Source of the DNA: Acidobacteriota bacterium
GTDB lineage: Bacteria; Acidobacteriota; Thermoanaerobaculia; UBA5066
NCBI GenBank assembly: GCA_016789625.1
Contig: JAEUQS010000195.1
Span: forward strand, 1-20,273
Direction: 5' to 3'
DNA length: 20,273 bases
Shown: positions 18,050 through 20,273 of the stretch, in pieces
Numbering within the stretch: position 1 is the first letter of the stretch
Layout: every line of letters begins with the position of its first letter
Made by a program: the position numbers and the translations under genes
Notes under the pieces: generated by a model
The model's input: the letters and a program-made list of their open reading frames with translations, nothing else
Told to the model about the DNA's origin: nothing
The model's database searches: none

Positions 18050-18637
18050 TCAGAAGTCCTTCTCGGGAACGTAGGGCCGGCTCCAGAGAGCCACCTGGAG
18101 GAGCACGGACTTCACCCAGGCCTGGTGCATGCGCTCGACGTCCTCGGGCGCGTGGCCCTTTTTCGCGAGGAACGGCTTCAGCGTCGTGGTGATCGGGTAG
18201 ACGAAGAGCGGCATGTAGCGGTACGAGACGACGTCCACCGACGCGACGCCGTCCGTCCTGTTCTTCGCGGCGCGCGTGTGGCGGCGGCCGATCTCGTCCT
18301 GGTAGTCGAGCCAGGTCTGGTCGTAGCGGGCCTCGGCCGTGTCGAGGATCCACTGCGCGAAGCGCTTGCGCACCGCGGCGAGGTACGCCGCGTCGGGCTG
18401 GCCATCGGACTTGCGGCCGAAGAAATGCACGAGGTGCGGGTGCGACGCCACGAAGCCGTACCAGACGTCCAGGATCGCGTCGGTCTGGTCTGCCAGGATC
18501 CCTTTCGACATCCGGAGAGCCTTCTCGTCGTCGGCCGTGAACAGCACGGCCTTCTTCATGAGCTCGAGCTCGGCGGGTGTACTGGGGGAGCGGGGAACGG
18601 CGGCCGTTCCGTACGTGTATCCGGGGATCTTCTCCAT
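18050..18637 (-). CDS. Single-domain protoglobin (195 aa); an alternative upstream ATG at 18724 adds a 29-aa Sec-signal-like extension.
   Basis: It matches archaeal protoglobins along its full length in the hallmark segments KIPGYTYG, WYGFVASHPHL, YLAAVRKRFAQWILDT, YDQTWLDYQDEIGRRH (proximal His), YPITTTLKPFLAKKGHAPEDVERMHQAWVKSVLLQVALWSRPY. Its length equals the 195 aa of MaPgb/ApePgb-type proteins. The Shine-Dalgarno AAAGGAAAG precedes the ATG at 18637, and the upstream ATG at 18724 also has a GAAAGGAG Shine-Dalgarno. Confidence 0.8.
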   Translation of the reverse strand: MEKIPGYTYGTAAVPRSPSTPAELELMKKAVLFTADDEKALRMSKGILADQTDAILDVWYGFVASHPHLVHFFGRKSDGQPDAAYLAAVRKRFAQWILDTAEARYDQTWLDYQDEIGRRHTRAAKNRTDGVASVDVVSYRYMPLFVYPITTTLKPFLAKKGHAPEDVERMHQAWVKSVLLQVALWSRPYVPEKDF

Positions 18638-18797
18638 CGTCTTTCCTTTCGTCGGGGGAGCGGCCTCGAGGGCCAGAGACACGGGCAGCGAGGCGGCCAG
18701 TGCCGCAAGCGCGAAACGGTTCATGCAGGGAGCTCCTTTCGGGAGATCGGCGGGATCGAGCGGTTTCAGTACAGTCTTCGAAGTAGTTTGGACGGGA

Positions 18798-19490
18798 TCA
18801 GCCCGCTATCGAGGTGTCTTCCTCCTTTCCGTTTCCGCGGAAGCGATCGAAGACGGCCCGCGCTTCCGCCGCGGGCAGCGCGTCGTGATCGCCGCAGTCG
18901 AGCCTCAGATCGCGGCCGCCGAGCGGCGCGTCCACGTAGGCACAGTGGTGGGGGCGCGGCTCCCCAGGGTGCGCGCGGGGGCGGAAGAAGCGGCAGGTGA
19001 CACAGACCCGCGCCGGGGCGATGCGGCCCTCGGTCTGCAGGGTGTGAACCATGGTCACGAGGCTCACGAGGAAGACCTCCTGCTCCGCGGGCCGAAGGGC
19101 GTCGACGGCCGAAGCGAGGACATCGGGGGCCTCCGTGACGCGCCCCGCGAGCTTTCGCCCCTCGCGGGTCGGCACGAGCGCGACGGCGCGCGCGTCGTCG
19201 GGGGAAGCGGTCTTCTCGACGTAGCCCTTGGCGACGAGCGTCGAAACGGCCGCGCTGGCGGTCGCCGGCGTGACGGCCAGCTCTTCGGCCACCTGGGAGA
19301 GCCGCGCCGGCGCGCTCGCTCGCGCGAGGTGCGAGAGGATCTGCGCCTGGGTGGGGGATAGCCCTTCGGGACCCGCCGTCTGCCAGGCCTCGGCCTTGAG
19401 CGCGATCGCGAGGCGCGAGAGGCCGGAGCGGATGCGGGCCTTCAGGTCCGCTTCCCGGGGTTCGGGCTTTCTCCGGCGTCGGGCACTCAT
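18798..19490 (-). CDS. MarR-family transcriptional regulator with a C-terminal Cys/His-rich, putatively metal-binding extension.
   Basis: 230 aa from the ATG at 19490. The winged HTH is LSPTQAQILSHLARASAPARLSQVAEELAVTPATASAAVSTLVAKGYVEK...RAVALVPTREGRKL. The C-terminal 70 aa contain CVTC...HHC...C-G-D-H. The 457-aa ORF is rejected as a fusion with antisense sequence. Confidence 0.8.
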   Translation of the reverse strand: MSARRRRKPEPREADLKARIRSGLSRLAIALKAEAWQTAGPEGLSPTQAQILSHLARASAPARLSQVAEELAVTPATASAAVSTLVAKGYVEKTASPDDARAVALVPTREGRKLAGRVTEAPDVLASAVDALRPAEQEVFLVSLVTMVHTLQTEGRIAPARVCVTCRFFRPRAHPGEPRPHHCAYVDAPLGGRDLRLDCGDHDALPAAEARAVFDRFRGNGKEEDTSIAG

Positions 19491-19505
19491 AGTTAGGACT
19501 CCGAA

Positions 19506-19534
19506 ATAATGATCCCGGCCGGGGTCCTTGTCAA
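19506..19534 (-). promoter_or_regulatory. Sigma70-like promoter for the MarR gene (TTGACA-N17-CATTAT), with an 11-bp palindrome over the -35.
   Basis: The minus-strand -35 TTGACA lies at 19534-19529 and the -10 CATTAT at 19511-19506. A GGAG Shine-Dalgarno sits 9 nt before the ATG at 19490. The palindrome ccttgtcaagg at 19526-19536 overlaps the -35. Confidence 0.45.
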
Positions 19535-19537
19535 GGG

Positions 19538-20116
19538 TCAGCGCACGCGTGCGAGCACCACGACGGAGTAGCCCACGGCCGTGCGGCTGCCCACGTTCTG
19601 GTAGGCGTGCTTCTGGTCGCCCCGGAAAGCGACGACGTCGCCCGGCGTGAGCGTGAAGGACTCGCCCGAGACCGTGAGCCGGAGCGCGCCGCTCTCGCAT
19701 GCGAGGTACTCGCGGGTGCCGGCCGTGTGCGGGATTCCGGTGATCGTGGTCTGCGGCGGGAGCTCCATGCGGTCGAAGTCCATGCCGGGAATGGGGTCGG
19801 GCAGCAGTTTGCGCACGAGGCCGCCTCCCGGCCGCACCTTCTCGGGGAGCGCGCCCTTCGCGTAGTGCTTTGCCGCGGCACGGGGCTCGGCGAGGAGCTC
19901 CTCGACGGTGACCTGCAGCGCCGTCGCCGCGCCGAGGAGGACGTTCAGCGTAGGGTTGGCGCCGCCGGACTCGAGGTGGGCCCAGGTGGCACGGGGGAGC
20001 CCGGCCAGCTTCGAGACCTGGGCCTGCGTCATGCCGCGGGCCTCGCGGAGCTGACGCACGTTGCGGGCAAGGGCGACGGCGACGCCAGGGGCTTCCACGG
20101 GGCTGGTCTCGGCCAT
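19538..20116 (-). CDS. XRE-family HTH plus cupin domain transcriptional regulator.
   Basis: The HTH LARNVRQLREARGMTQAQVSKLAGLPRATWAHLESGGANPTLNVLLGAATALQV is followed by a C-terminal cupin beta-barrel (GIPHTAGTREYLACESGALRLTVSGESFTLTPGDVVAFRGDQKHAYQN). The ATG at 20116 is preferred; the TTG at 20140 is an alternative. Confidence 0.75.
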   Translation of the reverse strand: MAETSPVEAPGVAVALARNVRQLREARGMTQAQVSKLAGLPRATWAHLESGGANPTLNVLLGAATALQVTVEELLAEPRAAAKHYAKGALPEKVRPGGGLVRKLLPDPIPGMDFDRMELPPQTTITGIPHTAGTREYLACESGALRLTVSGESFTLTPGDVVAFRGDQKHAYQNVGSRTAVGYSVVVLARVR

Positions 20117-20134
20117 GACGACGGTTTGACCTCC

Positions 20135-20176
20135 TGCCAAGAGGTTGGCACGAGGGACGACAGGCTGTCACGAGGG
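20135..20176. promoter_or_regulatory. Inverted and direct repeats in the divergent XRE-cupin / SDR intergenic region.
   Basis: There is an inverted repeat tgccaa-gagg-ttggca (20135-20150), a direct repeat cacgaggg at 20149-20156 and again at 20169-20176 (20-bp spacing), and a palindrome gacag-g-ctgtc (~20159-20169). Confidence 0.35.
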
Positions 20177-20206
20177 TTCCATGTTGCGGGCTGGCAGGAG
20201 TCGACC

Positions 20207-20273
20207 ATGAACCTCGAACGACAGAACGTCCTCATCACCGGCGCGTCCCGCGGCCTCGGACGCGCCCTGGCTC
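20207..20273 (+). CDS. Short-chain dehydrogenase/reductase (SDR) family oxidoreductase, N-terminal fragment that continues past the window end.
   Basis: An AGGAG Shine-Dalgarno lies 7 nt before the ATG at 20207. The N-terminus MNLERQNVLITGASRGLGRALA carries the TGxxxGxG Rossmann motif. Confidence 0.6.
   Translation, partial: MNLERQNVLITGASRGLGRALA

Noticed and set aside
18798-20171. A 457-aa ORF.
   Set aside because: It is a fusion of the real MarR gene (start 19490) with antisense sequence of the XRE-cupin gene. A promoter and Shine-Dalgarno precede 19490.
20145-20190. A sigma54 promoter (TGGCAC-N5-TTGC) in front of the SDR gene.
   Set aside because: TGGCAC is present at 20147-20152, but the -12 element TTGC is not at the required spacing.

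Overview
This is a 20.3 kb window of very GC-rich bacterial chromosomal DNA, roughly 70% GC with strong GC3 bias in the real reading frames. GTG and TTG starts are frequent. Several gene ends overlap, with 4-nt ATGA/GTGA start/stop overlaps and two convergent 3' overlaps of about 40 bp. The composition and gene content suggest an Acidobacteria, Myxococcota or Gemmatimonadota-like organism, but the sequence alone cannot settle this. I support 22 coding regions.

- **Coding regions, 1-9177:** a 5'-truncated hypothetical gene (1-363), then a PMT/TMTC-like glycosyltransferase with TPR repeats (360-2159). After it comes a tightly packed six-gene minus-strand block: a flippase-like (LPG-synthase-TM) protein, nrdR, hsp20, lon, thiL and a DUF2062 protein (2122-8186). 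An HDAC-family deacetylase (8209-9177) follows.
- **Coding regions, 9258-15263:** a secreted protein built from four tandem Ig-like domains, a TetR regulator with an upstream small hypothetical gene, a GT51 peptidoglycan transglycosylase with a large extra N-terminal domain, and a class I/II aminotransferase.
- **Coding regions, 16271-20273:** a cytoplasmic SPFH/band-7 protein, a Cys-containing hypothetical protein, a single-domain protoglobin, a MarR regulator with a Cys/His-rich tail, an XRE/cupin regulator and the start of an SDR oxidoreductase.
- **Non-coding features:** three strong intrinsic terminators and two sigma70-like promoters in unusually AT-rich intergenic DNA. There are perfect palindromes in two divergent regulatory regions.
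- **Orphan mini transcription unit:** promoter, 30-codon sORF and terminator, at about 15323-15532.
- **tRNA-like element:** 15791-15889, with a duplicated T-arm motif. It does not fold as a canonical tRNA by hand.

The most interesting loci are three. The first is the XRE/cupin to MarR(Cys/His) to protoglobin cluster; the protoglobin is very similar to archaeal single-domain protoglobins and may carry a Sec signal peptide. The second is the orphan sORF/sRNA unit together with the tRNA-remnant region upstream of the SPFH gene. The third is the hsp20-lon-thiL-DUF2062 block, whose genes are linked by consecutive ATGA overlaps.

No CRISPR array, IS element, integrase or prophage gene was found.
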